Part shown: positions 62,844 to 64,000 of the stretch, piece by piece
How the letters are laid out: each line of letters starts with the position of its first letter
How positions within the stretch are numbered: the stretch's first letter is position 1
Notes under the pieces: model-generated
What the model was told of the DNA's origin: nothing
What the model saw: only the letters and a program-made list of their open reading frames with translations
The model's database searches: none
Position numbers and translations under genes: made by a program
DNA from: a bacterium
GTDB taxonomy: Bacteria > Zhuqueibacterota > Zhuqueibacteria > Residuimicrobiales > Krinioviventaceae
Reading direction: 5' to 3'
Assembly: GCA_963674595.2 (NCBI GenBank)
Contig: CAXXFV010000025.1
Span: 1-64,000 of the forward strand
Length of the DNA stretch: 64,000 nt

Positions 62844-63220
62844 GTTTATTGGGCACATTATTTAGCGAAAATTGGGGAAAATGACAATAAAATGTAATAC
62901 AAATTGTAATGATTCGAGGTAAACTTTTGAGAAGGTATATTTTCCCCAAGATAGATTAACCCTCAAAGGTTTCAGCCTCTGAGTCGATCCAGGCTGTTAT
63001 GCTATTTTCTACATTAATTAAAAATCCCTTGATCCGGTATTATTTAATTTGTATCATTTATTTATTCAAAAGCATATCAAAATATAATCAGGATGGCTGG
63101 ACACTTTTTAAAGCTGTAGGATTTATTCCTTCCGCACATTTTAATACCGGCAAATCAAAGCAAGTAAACGGAACAGTAAAATTGCACCCTGCAAAATAGC
63201 CTTGAATTATTAAAATTTTT

Positions 63221-63769
63221 TTGTCCAAGAGGGAATATTCAAACAAATCAAGGCGGCATTTTATGGAAAAGGCCATCATGAATGTAAAATTTATAATATA
63301 CACCATTCTATTAATCAGTATTTTATTTTCTATACCCTTTGTTATGCACGTTGTGGGGGATGCCCAAGTACATTTGGCCGCAGCAGAAGGATTTGCTATC
63401 GGACAGCCCTTTCAATATAATAAAGGTGACGAGTTGGTAAGCGCATCAACCAGTCCGTTATGGACGATATTTTTAACACTGTTTTTTATCATTTCAAAAC
63501 ACTATGCTCCGCTTTTACTAAAAATCATTGTTATTATCATTTGGGGTGTTGCAAGTTTTTTGGGCTATAAAATTTCCTCCGAGGATTGGAAATTTCCAAA
63601 ACTCATTCTTTATTGTTTGTTTGGGATTTGGATGACAAACATAGCGATTGTTGCCAACTCATTAAGCGGAATGGAGAATATCCTGTCATGTATGCAATTA
63701 CTTTTGTTGTATATATTATCATATAGAAACCTGAAAGTTTTAACATGGCCGCAGGCAATGGGCTTATGA
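63221..63769 (+). pseudogene. Truncated GT-C-like membrane glycosyltransferase
   Basis: GDA...YNKG...STSPLW...SGME motifs with multiple TMs; ends early. Confidence 0.55.
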
Positions 63770-64000
63770 TTATATTGACGCCTTACAAGTGCGGGGTAAA
63801 CTTGTTGGACTTTATCAGAATAATAAACCTTATACAAAGGGTGAGGTTGCTAAAGCATTAATAGAGTTGACAAAATCTGAGCAAAAAATTTTAACCACAG
63901 AACAAAGATTGTTGAAAAAATTATTACTTGAATTCGAGGAAGAAATAGATTTTCTGAATAATCATCAAAAATCCAATTATGAAATACAGATTGGCACAAG

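Overview
AT-rich bacterial DNA, probably from the FCB group (KSB1/Calditrichota-like, inferred from T9SS-type C-terminal sorting domains and a Bacteroidota-style T2SS). Positions ~1-51.8 kb look like one decaying integrative island, with a frameshifted tyrosine integrase at the left and an excisionase-like HTH gene plus a 3' tRNA-Arg(CCG) duplication at the right. The island carries: (1) prophage debris; (2) a defence patch with a TIR protein, an IR-bounded non-coding element holding ten covarying hairpins, and a Hachiman hamAB pair ending in an integron attC; (3) a complete T2SS/type IV pilus-like operon with a sensor-less sigma54 activator; (4) two Rhs toxin-immunity loci plus a remnant of a third; (5) IS256 and IS21 elements. 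The standout feature is that each Rhs is split into 2 or 3 genes. Every piece has its own signal peptide, and the YD repeats resume in register across the gene boundaries. This suggests Rhs shells assembled in trans in the periplasm and exported by a dedicated, co-regulated T2SS (inference). Right of the island lie IS3 debris, a second copy of a promoter-hairpin ncRNA candidate, and two T9SS-type cohesin-bearing proteins, one a frameshifted papain-family protease with a dockerin. All calls come from motif recognition only; no searches were run.
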